Source: Phoronis australis
Lineage: Eukaryota > Animalia > Phoronida
Length of the DNA: 64,000 nt
Direction of reading: 5' to 3'
NCBI GenBank assembly: GCA_002633005.1
Contig: NMRA01000024.1
Span: 513,803-577,802 of the forward strand
Shown here piece by piece: positions 1 to 14,000 of this stretch (its first letter is position 1; every line of letters starts with the position of its first letter). The position numbers and the translations under genes are program-made. Below the pieces are notes generated by a model. It had not been told where the DNA came from, ran no database searches, and saw nothing but the letters and a program-made list of their open reading frames with translations.

Positions 1-2191
1 GGAGTCTAATTCGAACATCTGGCTGGACAGTGAAGACATGTTGACTCCAATGAAATGTTCACTGGTACAAAATATCTTCCCCAGAAATTGCTTAGTTATC
101 CGTAAAGAAATGTGTAAGGAAATATTCTGTTGGTGGCAGATTTTTTAACTTTACCTGATCTAAAAATTGGGGGAATTGGGGGGGTTCCGGTGTTTATTTT
201 CCAACTAAGAAATTTTACCCATATTTCCTAATTCAGAACACATGCTCTAGCAGGATTGTTTTCACAGAAACACCGATATTATTTTGTCTAAATAAACGTA
301 GAAGGTTGCCAGATCCTCTGCTTTCTGTCAGCATTAAGGCGTTAGTTAAACGGCTGAAGAAGATTTACACAGTTAATGCTGAGTTGACCAAGAATGTAAA
401 CTGTAAACAAATTAAATGTTTGATGTTACATAATAGTAGTGAAGGATAAGCAGGGTGGAAGTTTGTATAGAAATTTGTCATTTTTTCATTGGGGGTTTCT
501 CTCTTAAAAAGACAAAGGGGGTACTGGGACTGTATAGTTAGAGAAGCACCCCCAGGACATTTATTAATCTTGTAGCATTTTTATTCAAACTGAACTCTGA
601 CCTTTCTGGGTGGTACCATTACAGAGAAATTCGAAACAAAACGTGACTTTTTGGGCAGTAGGGATTTTGTTTAACTTTCAACTTTCTTTTTTCTTGGTGT
701 TGTTTAGACTAATGTCCCAACAAAGTTAGACTGATCATGACGTTCTTGGGTACATAGCAGCAATACCAAGGGAAACAAGATCCTATAAATGTCGATCACA
801 TAACATTGTTTTGTTAAACTTCAGACGCAAAGAAATGACATTAAGTCTGCCAGTGACTTGGTACAAACAAAAGCCTAAGGTGCCTGATTTAACACTTTGA
901 TAATAAAATTGTTTTTGAAATGCAAAATATTTAGATAGAAGGCTGTCAGATTCTAGAATTTGGTTCATTTGTTATAAATTCAAAACAGGTAAGAATAAAT
1001 TCTTGGCATGGTGAAAAGAGCAGAGCTTGATCAGGCTCCTGCAGAATTACCCCCAGTTCTCTCACTTCTTCATCCATTACCACTCAACACTGATGGCTCT
1101 GGTTGTGCAAATGACATGATCATGCTGAAGGATTTATGCCTCTGTTCTGTCAGAAGTATATCCCATTACTTCAAGTTTATACAAACAGTTTGCTTTGTGG
1201 TTCTACAAGGACTGCCTGATTTATTTTGATCTTCTGGAGTTTTCCAAAGGGAAGACACTAGGTCCCACACAAGCTAACTATCCTTGACAGTTTTTCAGTC
1301 AAAGGTGTTTGAACAAATTTGCACTGTTCTAACTTCACTGTTGTAAAAAACGTACATCCATTATAAAAGAATCCTCTGTTCTATTCACGTGTCTTTTTCA
1401 AAACTTTGAAGTCTCAAGGTATACAAATCTGCCGTCAAATACAGCCACCTGAAAATTCACGATGGACAATTCTCTTTTTAAATGTAATTCATGCGTTCCC
1501 TTTGATCCCATATGCAAATGAGTTCTATTCACTGTCCCAGTCAATAATGTAGCTTTCCTATTAGGTGAACTTTGATTTATCAAAGTTTTGCTGAAACATG
1601 CGTCTATGGAGAGCACGTTGGTTACACTATAATAACAAAGAACACGCTTTGCGAGTCTCGCGTGATCGTATATCATTGCCGAAGCCTCTACCGATAACTT
1701 CGAAGAAGACTCTGTTTGACTGTTCCCACTAAACCAAAGTTTCAGTGAGTACCGAAGTTTCAGTGATTATTGAAGCGTCACTTTCAAATCCTACTATTTC
1801 AAGCGAATTCGCTTGCCGATTAACTACCGAAGTTAACCTTTCTCACTTACCGAATCTTTGATAAAAGTGGGAATGCTTCATTAGACACACAGCAAATTCA
1901 CGTAATTTACAGTGGGTTTATGGCACCACCATGACAAGACTGTCAAAAATACAAAATTGACAGTAAATTATCTTCAAGCAAACAGACATGAATCCGTCTA
2001 TTTCATGGTAAACAGTACGTGTTATCTTTCGGTTCTTTGGACATTGCAACTACCGTGAGAAATGTTTTGATGTGGAAAACATAATCCAAATTGTGTTCAA
2101 CAAGATTTTTTGTTGTAGCTCTGTGTAAACTTATTGACGGAAACATGTGTCGAAGGTTTTTAGCCTAGGCATGTCACAGTTTGGTGCATGT

Positions 2192-2317
2192 GTGAACATT
2201 TTCATAAGTGGATGAATTGTTTGGCTTTACCTCCGACCTGTAGAACTGATACGGGTGAACATTTTCATAAGTGGATGAATTGTTTGGCTTTACCTTGGAC
2301 CTGTAGAACTGATCCGG
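2192..2317. repeat. Tandem duplication, 2 x 63 bp
   Basis: gtgaacattttcataagtggatgaattgtttggctttacct..gacctgtagaactgat.cgg occurs twice with 3 mismatches. Confidence 0.95.
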
Positions 2318-4993
2318 AATTCAAGTTGATCCATTCTGCTTAAAATTGAGGAGACTTATCTACAAGGGAACATTTCTTAAATGGAGATTGTTCTCATAGT
2401 AATTGCACGGATCTTGATGAAGAGGCATTTTCTAAAAGAAAATATTCCAAGTTAAAGGCAGTTACGTATAGCAATCACTGCCCTGAACATGATAATGCGG
2501 TATGTTTTCAACACCTTTTTTCTACCATTGCTAATCAGTGCCATCAAAGAAAACTTTGGGGCATGTTTGGTTTAAGGGTATACTATGTTATTAGCTTTGT
2601 CACAACTGACCAACTTTTTCTAGATGTTTGGTTTTTATTGGCATCTTACAAGTTTGCCTCAAACCAAACTAATTGATGTACAGTCATGGATGAAGAGTGA
2701 AGACCGACATAAATCTCGAACATCGTCACGACTGAGCTGTTTCTTAAAAGGATGGGATATCAAAAGAGAATAAATAAATCATAAAACGTAGTTTGCTTTC
2801 AGTCCAAAATGTAAGAGATTTTTGTGCGGTATGGTGTGCACAGGCTATAAGTTATTCAATTTGAATACTTGTGGGATGAAAGCAGTTCGTCGGTGTTCAC
2901 CGTTCTGTGTCATCAAACCTTGAATAAAACCGGCGCATCTCTACACACCCCAGATAGAATGTTGGGAACTCATTAATGGAACACTAGGTTTCCTCTCTTG
3001 CGTTTTATTTCTCTTATGCCCGTCAGTGATTACCGTCTGATTGGCCAGGGAAATCGCCCCTAGTTTAGCCCCTAAATACAGTAATCGGGTAGGCTAATTT
3101 TAAGTGGACTAGACCACCCGCTGTGTAATAGGCTGCATTAGTTTGAGTTAATATCCTTTGTCAATCAGTGTTTTTTGTAATGTTCTCCTGTAGTAAGGAA
3201 GCAGCCCGCAGTTTACTTTTCGCTTTCGCTAATTTGCTGATTAAATTGTGATAAGTTCATTCACCCTAGTTGTCTTAAGGGTTTAGTTAGAAAATTTTAA
3301 GTTAAAACGTTCTAAATTTGTTGTGTGGAAGCAAGGCATTTTAGCTGGAACGTTTTAACATGTCAGGCGCGAGCAAAGTACTTTTTCTATTGAGCAGGAA
3401 GTAGGGCTCACATCCTCGCGTCTTGTAAATACACGGGATTAATAACATTCCGTGCGACAATCGGCAGTTGCCGTTCAACTCTGTTGAGCATTGTTAAGCC
3501 TTTCATGTGAACAGAAAACATTTTTAAGCTAAACAGTTTCAGGTATGTTAACATTTTAGCTGAAACATCCAAACTTATGGTCCTGTAAATCGAGCTAAGC
3601 ATTGTTTAGGAATGATCTAATGTTATTATTGATAATAAAGCCACATATGAAAATGATTTGGTTTGATATGGCACCATTTATACATCTTCATTCGCCTCAT
3701 TCTGCTGGGTTAGAGTTTAACATCTTTGTCTTGATATCATCTTTGTGTGCAGACCTTGAATCTAAATTATAGAAAGCAAATAACTGGAGGACTGACCCAC
3801 TCCTACTGAGCTACTGACAGTGATCAGGTCTTTCCTACATAAATATGGCATCTTAACAAATGAGATAAGAAACTATTAACTATTAATGGTAGTTTCGTGT
3901 TATAGGATACTCAGAGAGAGGTCCGCTATCTCTCAGCATCTTGTTATTATCTCACCTGTGCTAGACCCTATAACTAATCACCTCTCCAGGTACTAAGATA
4001 AAATTACTGGCTCACAGGACCAATGCTGGGCCAACAGTCTGAATGGGTTTTTATTGCCCATCCACTTACCAAGTGAACGTGAATTTTCTGCTTTTGTTTC
4101 TGGTTCGATTCTAACGATAATTGAAAATTATGTAATCTAAACATAACTTAAAGGTCTTAAAAATAATAAAAATTTGGCTGTTGTTCCTGTTTACTGACAG
4201 CGAGGTGGTGTTGAGCCGTTTCATTTTGAGAAGGAGTTGTAAAATTAGCGCATCTAGGTTTTTAGAAGTCGACACAATACTGTTGTACTTGAAATGTGAG
4301 GTCACAACTTTATGTTGGGGTGGTTTGCATTCTGACATGAACAAAAACAGTTGACTATGAAATAATGTGTTTTCCCATTGGATTTTTGTTTTTGTTTTTT
4401 CTCTCATTTATTCACTATATTGTCATAAATTCAAAGAAACGCTTAGGCTTAAAAGTTCCCCAAGAATCGGTTACATAGTTTGCACATACCAAGTATTGTA
4501 CTACAAATTTAGGCCCTAACAACATCAAGCAGAATGTCCCTCACCATTAACTGATCATCTAATCTTGTTTTGACCCTTATGCAGATGGATGCCACATCAG
4601 TAGGCGAATGAAGTAGAGAAGTCAGTCAGGAGTGGCCCTCAGCTATGAAATTCCTATTTCCCCCCTGTTGATTGTGCCATAGTCTCAATGTCCTGTTCTC
4701 TCAGACAGCGCGTCTCCCGCTGAAGTGATTTTAATGTTCAATTTCATCTGTTCAGCCTCAAGGTTGAGGAAAAAATACCAAAGTAATTGTTCTATCTCGA
4801 TACTTTTGGTATTTATTTCAGGATTCGTGTGAAAGTGAAAAAACTGATCATAGTGAGACAGGAAAAGGAGCAAATTGCTGCCATATCGTTCACGGTCCAG
4901 ATGCCTTTGATAACTTCTTTGTTTTTTCATCAATAGCTGCGTTTCACTTTCGGCAAAAAATTAATGCTTATGGAACCGGAATAGTGATGTGTA

Positions 4994-5028
4994 TCCCACA
5001 ATGCAACATTCCTTTGTATCCAACCAAT
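4994..5028. promoter_or_regulatory. ZNF143/Staf-like site plus CCAAT box, possible promoter
   Basis: TCCCACAATGCA at 4994-5005 and CCAAT at 5024-5028, at the start of a CpG-richer stretch (about 5000-5720). Confidence 0.3.
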
Positions 5029-8000
5029 CGCTTTAGTGGCTATCGTAAGTCAGGGCCCTCGGTGCCTGGTAACTGGAGCTGAATATTGAGCCCCAAATCG
5101 AGCCAAATTACGCTCGTCAGACCCTAAAATTCCCCGTGCTTAAAAGCACGATTTACCTTGTTTTCACCAGTGACTACATTATCGACATCGTAAACATTCA
5201 TCTGTAGCACTGCATATCATAATCATGAATTAAGTATTCGAAAAATGAGAAAATAGAAGAAAAGAGACTTTAATTGAAAGTTTCTTGCTGCTCCATAGGC
5301 ATGAATGTGTGAACCTGGTGCCAGCGTACCCCCCCCCNGATCTTCTTGTGCAAACTTGTGTCGCATCTGATCTGGGCTTCTCTGATGTCCTGCCGGAAAG
5401 TAAAAAGAGCCACAGCCTGCTGAGTTGTCAGAAATATGACAAACGCAACGTCTCGCCATTCTTTATTATACCCTAAACGGCGAGAAAACGATCAGCAATA
5501 TCTGACCATTTTTCCCAATATACCCACTATGGAAGATGTCTGATGCTGTGATAGGTTGTTCCGATTCTAGCGTAAGTAGTATATCTGCATTTGTAGTTCT
5601 CTCTCCACTGAAAGTAGTTCTCGAAAATTAGGAAAAACGGCCGGAAAAGCGTCTCACAAAGTACTTCATGGATAGTGGCATGGGTTCGGCCGAAGTTGGC
5701 CATTTCGGCTCATCTCCATCTTGTTTCTTCAAGATTTAAAGCTTGACTAGAGCGATGGCCTTTAAAATGCTCAGATTTTTAGCACTGAAATTTAATCAAA
5801 TCTGTATGGTCCAGAGCATGTCTCTATGTCACTAATGTTTGTTTTCATTGGAAAATTATCAAATCAAAATGGTTGTCTGATGTGTTCTGTACAATGAATT
5901 GTGGCTTGTTTTTCATTAGTTGCTGTCCTGACTGCCAAGCTTTTAAGTCCACAATAACTGACCAGTTAACGAGTTACTAAATACTGGAGGCCTTCTTCTT
6001 GATGCAATAAAATTCCAGCTTAGATTTCAACCAGTTCCGCCCAGTCGCTGATATGGGTGCATGCCCTCAGAAATTTTTTAAATTACTACAAAGAATGGTG
6101 TTTCTCGCAGCTATAAAAAGTCAGTTGTTATTTGCAGTCACTGAGTTTTATTGCTTTGCAGAGATGAAAGACATCACCCCAGTGTTTTGCAGGCTGTCAG
6201 CCTTCACTACATCAAAGTTTTCACCATCTGTCCCCGATGTTTGTTTTCAGTCTAAACTTGATCACACTTTTGTCATGGCTCCAGGACATTTCGGGTATTA
6301 ATCATATGTTGCAATGATTGGTTTTCAATCAAACTGTGTCCCATGACATTCTCTGACCTTGTAACTGATGTTAAGAAAATCTGAAACTTTGGACTGTTTT
6401 TACTCACAAGATTCAACAAAAAACGTGCCAATAGTAGTCTACAATGGGTCGCTTTGGGTCGCTTGCTGACCTCTACAGATCTGTCTTCACATTGGCATTG
6501 TTTTTTCTGTTTGGATTGATCCTTTGGCACTATTCAAAAGTTCCACACTTCTCTCAAAGCAATTTCAGGATCCAGAATGTCTCAGGGGAGGACCAACCAA
6601 CCAACCACTGTTTTTTCAGGAAATTTGTTTGGGTATTAGCCCCTAAAACAGCATGGCAAAGGCATGTTTTTTTTCGTGTCCATAGGGGGGGCTGGCTTCT
6701 TGTAAATCTGCTGAGGGCTAGTTTGACTAAAGGATATCTTACTTTTTGTGTCTTTACCTTAGAATTTGAGCTCGCTTATTTGGAAATAAGATTATGACTA
6801 GATGTAGGATTTTTGATCAAAATCATCATGTATAAAATAAATCTTTTTCTTTCATCCCTTCTTAAGTCTTCTTTTAGTTTGTTTGAATATACTGTAAGAA
6901 TGAGCAGATCAGATAGATGAGGGAGGGATCCGCCTTTCTTAAATTGATCCGTCAAAATAGGATTCTCTTGTTTTTGCATATTATCTCATGTGCTATATTG
7001 ATAAATGTATTAATAAATGGTCTGTTAAGTGTTTCTATTCGGAATGTGGCCTGTTCGTTTCGCTCGTATTGACCGATAAGCATGCCGCTCGTTCGTCAGT
7101 TTTTATTTATACCACTTGAACTTTCTTTTAGTCATATAGTAATAAGTTACGTGCATAATTTATGGCGATAAGACGTTTTTGTGAATGCTATTTGTTGGAT
7201 TTTCTGAGGGAATACAGCAATTTACGTTCAGGCTATGTTAACAGTGTGACAACGTTTTCTGGTAAATAATCGCCACAGTTGTCATTTTTCTACTTTTTAA
7301 AAGCTTGTCGGATTCTTAAAATCGCTCAAAATTTCATGGTGTGTTTGTTGGTGACATCTGTACAGTATAAACTATGCAAAATTTTCTTCTAATTTAATTT
7401 TGTTGAGCAGTTTGATAAAAAATTTTCAATGTTCAGTCACATTATGTTCTAGATTTTTTATTTCTACAGTAAAATCTCGCCAAATTACAACACGTTGGAA
7501 GGGACTAGCGAAATTTTATTTTCTTGTGTTTTAGCATATTCAAGTTCCATGGCATAACTCACTGAAAGATTGTAAACATTCGAAACCATTTGGGTACCAA
7601 TTTGGCATCACTGTCCTCTAAAACTCAGGTGAGATTCCATCACTAGATACCTCATAGAACATTCAAAACTTCTCATTTGGTTCCAACTTCCAAGTTGATC
7701 TTTGATGTTCTCATGACGACTGCAAAACTAAAAACTTCCATATTACGGTACAGTTTTATGAAGTCAATAATGAGATGCTTAACCCCACCAGGGTAAGTCT
7801 TACAGGATTACTTAGTGGCCTCATTAATTGGCTTTAGACTGAACTCTAACTCCTACTGTTTTCTTAATGAACCTTTGAGCTAACTATCCTATTCCAAGGA
7901 GACTTGACTTCCTAAGTACCCAATGGAATATGTTTTGCCCATCGTTAGTTAGAAAAATGAATCAATTTTATCAACACTGTGCACTCCTAAATCAGTTTCA

Positions 8001-11000
8001 GATGGTTATTGGCCCTTGGGCTTTCCTTGTGAAATTTTACCCACCCTATATTCATTTCCTTATTTTCTGATAAATAGGTAATCAACATAAATCATATGAA
8101 ACTGCAAATAACACATACTAATTAAGGATTAATTATTAAATTATTTGTTTTTGATGCACATTTTCATGTGAAAATGATTTCAGTTTTTGAAAATAATCTC
8201 TTATTAAAACTGGAAAATTGAAAACCAGCATTGTGTAGTATTGAAGGTGTTATCACATATTCAATGAATGTTAAGCTGCCAAATCTAAATGTCTCTTCAA
8301 CAAATTGTTATTTGGTCAAAAAAAAAAGGAAGTGACATTTACATTTATGCACGCAGATTCGTTACAATTTTGTTCTTTAATCTTACTGATAATTAAACTT
8401 CAAAGATTCTTAGAAACTCAGAAAATGATAAGGAACACTTGAATTTTTTGTTTGGATGGCTTGTGTGTGTGCCCTGTTTAATTAAAATCACATAAATTCA
8501 CCTTAGATTGAAACGCATGAATTTTATTTGAAAGTTGTATTAGCAGTTAAGCATTCCTCGGCATTTCTTGACCTTCAGCTTAGAATTTTTTTAAAGTCAA
8601 AATGTTTAAGCGCACGCAGACTGTATGATTATGTTTTAAATTTTTATTTAATCCAGATGTGAAAGTGACTATTACGGTACCTTTGCCAAAAATTTGCTAG
8701 TGGTAGAGGGCGATAGCCGTTATAAATTGGCCTCAATGGATCTATACTTAAATTTGAAGAATTCCTAAGCTTGCAAAGAAATAAGAGCGCGTTTTTGCTT
8801 CGGGTCAGGCTCGGTAAGTTTGACTGTCAGCGTTCGTCACAGGGCGGGTCATTTTCTATATGTGTGTGTGTAGGGAAGCACCAGACAGTGAAAATGTTTA
8901 AATTAGGTTTTGGATCGAAGTTATCAGCTCAAGTTTACTTCGCAGTAAACAGGTTGATTTAACGGCGAAGCGTCGACGTATCCTAACAATAGGAACAGTC
9001 ATCTTCGGTGTCTATTTTAGTTATCGACAGGGTGAAGGTCACATTACTATGCCACCTTTTGATAACTGCGACAACAATGGTGTCACCTAGCAAATTCTCC
9101 AACATCTGTTAACTACCGAAGCTAACGAGAAAGCTCAAGTAAACTTCGCAGTTTGCATGGATGCTTCGCTATTGCCAGTCAGGTTTATCTTGGGAAAAAG
9201 CTGTTTGTCTGGCAAAGGCAAGATTCCATGTCAAGGCTGCGAATAAATACCCATTAATATCCAACTAGAATCCGCTTCAATTCTGCCTAATTCTAGACAA
9301 AATCTCAGCACGTGTTTCTCCATCCTCATAGCTGAAATGGTGACAACTCATCACATAAAATAAGTCAATGGCTAGGCGCAATAACGTCATAATAAACTTC
9401 GATAAAACGATAGACATTAAGTAGATGATGCTTCAAAGGTTTGACTGAACTGTTAAATGATTGTAGCAAGATGTTTCCCAAGTTTTGGTCAAGTCTGTCT
9501 TGGTTATTTTGAACGCTGTGGTGATATTTTGATAAAATATAGTTGAAACAATGCAAAAAACATATACTTATTGTCAAAGTCTGTTTTTGCATGTTTTGTT
9601 TCATTTCGAAATCACAGAATCTTCATACAAAAGAAAAACCAAATATTTCATAATAAATACATCTTTCTCTGATAATGTCCACGCAAAGTATGAACTTCCC
9701 ACGTGAACTCTTAAATCTCAAAGTCCAGCTGCACTTTCTTTTGTTTCCTAGCTCTCTCCCCATCAGCTGGGGTCTTTGTGTCTGCCAAGGCGAACTCTTA
9801 AGACGAGTGCCCCCCCAGTGGAGGACAATGCGATTTATCTCGGTGAACTTCTGACAGTACTCCAGCATAATTTCTGGGCGGGCAATGCATTTTCTCTGTT
9901 TAAAGTTACAAGGCCAGGGATATTCTATCAGGTCAACAGTTCATCATTTTTATGCACCATCCCAGCTGTCTATTGTTGCTGTATCTATATGAGAGTGGGA
10001 GACAACAAAGTTCTACTGACTTTGTGTGCCTGGATTCGTTGGAATATGCTATCTGCCTGTGGCGAGATGGTTCTGCTTTTTCAGCCTGTGCAGGAGTGAC
10101 GTAGAAACTCTCTGTAGGCCTGGTCCCTGTTGGTTCTCCAGGGAACTAAGCTGCTTTTCTTATTGTTCAGCTGCTGTGCACATTGTCAATAGAATCACGC
10201 AGTATCACGCAACATTTGCATGCAGAATATCCACTGTCTTTTCCTCATTCATAACAACACAAAAGTATTTACCAATCTGTCAGGAAGAATATTTTAGGTT
10301 TATTCTTGTGGTTAATCAAAAACTGTTTCGGCAGTGGTGTCTAAAACATAGAATATCAACAAACAGTTGATTTGTCATGAGTTTCAAATAAAATTAAAAG
10401 CAAAAAAAACGATGCCACAAAACAGCCATGAGAATTATGACATTTGTTTGTTGAACTTGTTTCACAAGTTTCAAGTGTTACCCGTCATTAAAACAGAAAA
10501 CTCTCCGTTTGTCTTCACACCCTGATCTTACCAATTCTTAACCAGTTTCTGGCCAACAAGTTAAACTTTGTTTTTCTTCAAGTATACGTGGCATCAAATA
10601 AACGCTTAATCTTTTTTTACGTTTTTGTACCATAGCTATTGTCTGACAATTTTTTTGAGAAATTGTGGGCGTTCAAAACAATGTTTGAAAAAAGGTCGTT
10701 TTTAGCAATTATTTTTTGTTGCAAATTGGTGAGTTATTAGGGTGTTGTGACATACCATGCGAACAGTGACATCTGGTGTAGTTTTTTATCCAGATGCTTT
10801 TTCACACCTTTGGTACCTAGTGGACAGTTGGAGTGGTCTTGACCATAAGTTGTGTTTGTTTTGTCAACTAAAGCAGGATTTGGAGAGGTCTGGTGTCCTA
10901 CTGTGATGTGATGTGTAAACTCATTTTGTCCTTATGAGATGAATTAACTACAGCTAAAAAACAATTGAAGCATTAAAATTTGAGGTCTTATCGTAGAGTG

Positions 11001-14000
11001 TATTTTATTAGTCGGCTGCAGAAGTAATGGGATTGGCTGTTCAAGTCTATGCTTAAAAATTTTAAAAATACTTCGCCTCGGCAAAAATGTCTAGGCAACA
11101 GCTTCAGTTGTTTGGTCAATCATGTTGGATGTTTAATGAACAATGTCAACACCAGATGTCATTAGTGGTCAGTAACTGAGTGATGTCAACATTGAGCTGA
11201 ATTTAGGCAAGAGAAAATACAATAGCAAGGGTGTTTTTGGAAAAGCATAAAAATAATGAATTTAAACTAGTGACTTCAATAAATTTAATAAGTTATCTAT
11301 TTCGAAGCCTATATTTTTAGACCAACTTTGTCAGTTAGTACAAGGCATGTCTTCTGCTGAATGACATTTTGTGCTTCTTGAACAGAATCAAGTTCAAAAA
11401 TAACTAGTCATAAGATTTTGGAAAAATTTATGTGAAATCTTCCATCTTGATTCCAATATTTTACATCAACATGTTCATCACTGATTGAACTGTTCAGTCC
11501 ACTTGTGCCCAATAAACGTATGCAGGTCTGATAGAAATCTTGTCCAGGGGGTCATATGGGGGACAAACATGGGCGTGCTTTAGAGTCTCCATTTCAGCAA
11601 TATTAAGGTGATGAATAAGGGGTCTGTATCCCATGAACCTCCCTTTGGATCCGTGCCTTCGGGGGGGAGGGGGGTAGTGACTTGAGTGAGATACCTCTGT
11701 TCGAGGAGTTGGACCGGTAGATGAGAATATAATTTAACACCGATTTAAGCCAAGCATAATACGATTCTCTGTAGAGTGTTGTTTTACTGCATGCCGCCTA
11801 TATAAGCCATATAGGCTAGACCCACAGGCTAGTATTTCTGTCTTCTGTCATTGGCAAGTGGCAGCCTCAGCCATCCATCAAGGGTTGTGCCTGTTACCAT
11901 CTATCCGCCAATTGTCAAGTGGTCCGACACACTGGAATCTATCATGAGGAGTCCTGAAAGCTTCAGGAAAGAGGGTTGGATATCTGGGCACAAATCTCAT
12001 ATGCAATCAGGTATTGGTTAGTTTACACGGGTTGTGAAAAGTTTTTTACCAACGGAATGCATTCCTCGAAATGTGTTTTAGGAGCATCTCATTAGCAAGC
12101 TTAATCAGGTACATGATTGACGAGTTGAATGTAATTAAAACATTCTGGAAGCTCTGCTCAAATGAATGCCTCAAGAAAACATGTCTGATATCCTACTGCC
12201 CTCTATTGGCAGTGATGTGTATAAGAGTGCTGGTGATTTCAATGAGACAGCTACATGATGTTGATAGAAATCAATATTCAAATTAATATTTATCTACAAT
12301 TGTCGGATTTACGGATTTTAGCATAAGTATTAAGCATAACACCAGTTTTGTTCATGGTTTGTTAAGATTTCTTGTTCCAAAACGAACAGTTTTAACTGAA
12401 TATTCGCAGTCACGGTACCCACGTGTATTGTGTATGGATGATTTAACGTAGTTTTTTGGTATTGAGACATGCGGTTTCAGACGTTGATTACTTGTTAGTT
12501 AGCACGGCTGCTTGATGAGAAAAACATCCTACCGATCTTAGGCATCCCCGGATTGTTTTGCTTCCAAAGAACAGATGGCGAATTAAAAGAAGTTTTATTG
12601 CTTTATACTAGGGGCAGTCACTAGGGGTCAGGTTGTACAAGGTGCTAGTGTACCTAACAGATGAAAGGACTAATTAACTAGTCACGGCTAATTAACAATC
12701 TGGAATTTCCTGGTGAAAATCGAAATGAAGATTTTTTATTGACTAAATATAAACATTGAATTATCCGAATTTGTTGCAACCACAGCTCGTCTGATTTTCA
12801 GTGTCTTTTGTTTTTTAAATAAGCATGTTGCATAATTCATATTTTGTGTTCTTTTAGAATTTCAATGTCCAGTTGAGTCATTTTACAAATATCTACTTAA
12901 GTACATGCTGTTTGAGTTGATATTGTATTCAAGACTACTTTGTCAATTTTTTTATTAATGACAATTTCTCTAGTTATTTTAGAGCAATCTTATCTTTTGA
13001 ATGATACTTATGGCAGCATGCAACATGAAGCACACCTGTTTGGGAAACAGACATGGACTTCAATTCAGCCGTTAAGGGGGGTAGTCTACGGTTAGGGGTG
13101 TCACAATGAATTTGTAGAAATAAAGACACATTACTTTATAATTTAGGATACTGTTTTCATAATTTTGATTTTCAAATACATGTGTCAGGTTATTAAAGTT
13201 TGTATTTTTCGGCTCAATTCTTGTTATTATCAGTTTTTGTCAAAAGTGACCATCAGGGTTGCCCACTCACCCCATTTTAGTGGGTGGACTGGCCCGGAGA
13301 TGTGCTTATGATCTGAGCAGATTTGCATCATTAATACAAACAATATTGACACAAAGACTGAAGAGTGGCTCTTGAGTAGCAGACATCTTACCACCCATGA
13401 AGTGTTGTAAGGGAGCCCTGCCTCCTATCACCCACCCTCTGGGCCACTTGACTTTATTTTAGTGGGTCATCATTCTTCTTTGGAGCTTAACTTGACAAGG
13501 AAAGCAATTGCTGCCCTCTGTTGGTTGTTTCTGGCACTTGCATAGTGATAGGTGTTGCTTTGGTTGTAACCAATGCCCCCTCCCCCCCTCCCCGGATGCT
13601 TGTGTTTGACTAAGTAGTATTAATGTCACACATTTTTGGGACACAATATTTTGGTAAGACAACCCCTGTGTGTGAAATGTGACTTACCTACATTGTTAAT
13701 AGAGCAGCTCCTTTGACAATTATTCTTTGCGTTCTTTAACTTTAATTTGAAAATGATATTGACCTTTGAAGTTGTTGTGCATTGATACAAAAAAGTATAA
13801 CTTTTGAATAAGTCGCCATTTTTTCATTTAATTTCAAGATATTCTCAGGAAGTGCACCACTTCTTCTGGAAACTGGTCATGAAAAAGTTACCTGGCTATG
13901 TGGAATGTCACCTGTACCTCCATGGGAATACTCTCCACAGGGCCTGGACCTGCTCTATCCTAAGTGAAACCATTTTACAAGTACACAAACAAAACTTTAC

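Noticed and set aside
1680-1860. Recurrent ACCGAAG / AAGTTTCAGTGA words
   Set aside because: Short and irregularly spaced, with no definable unit or termini.
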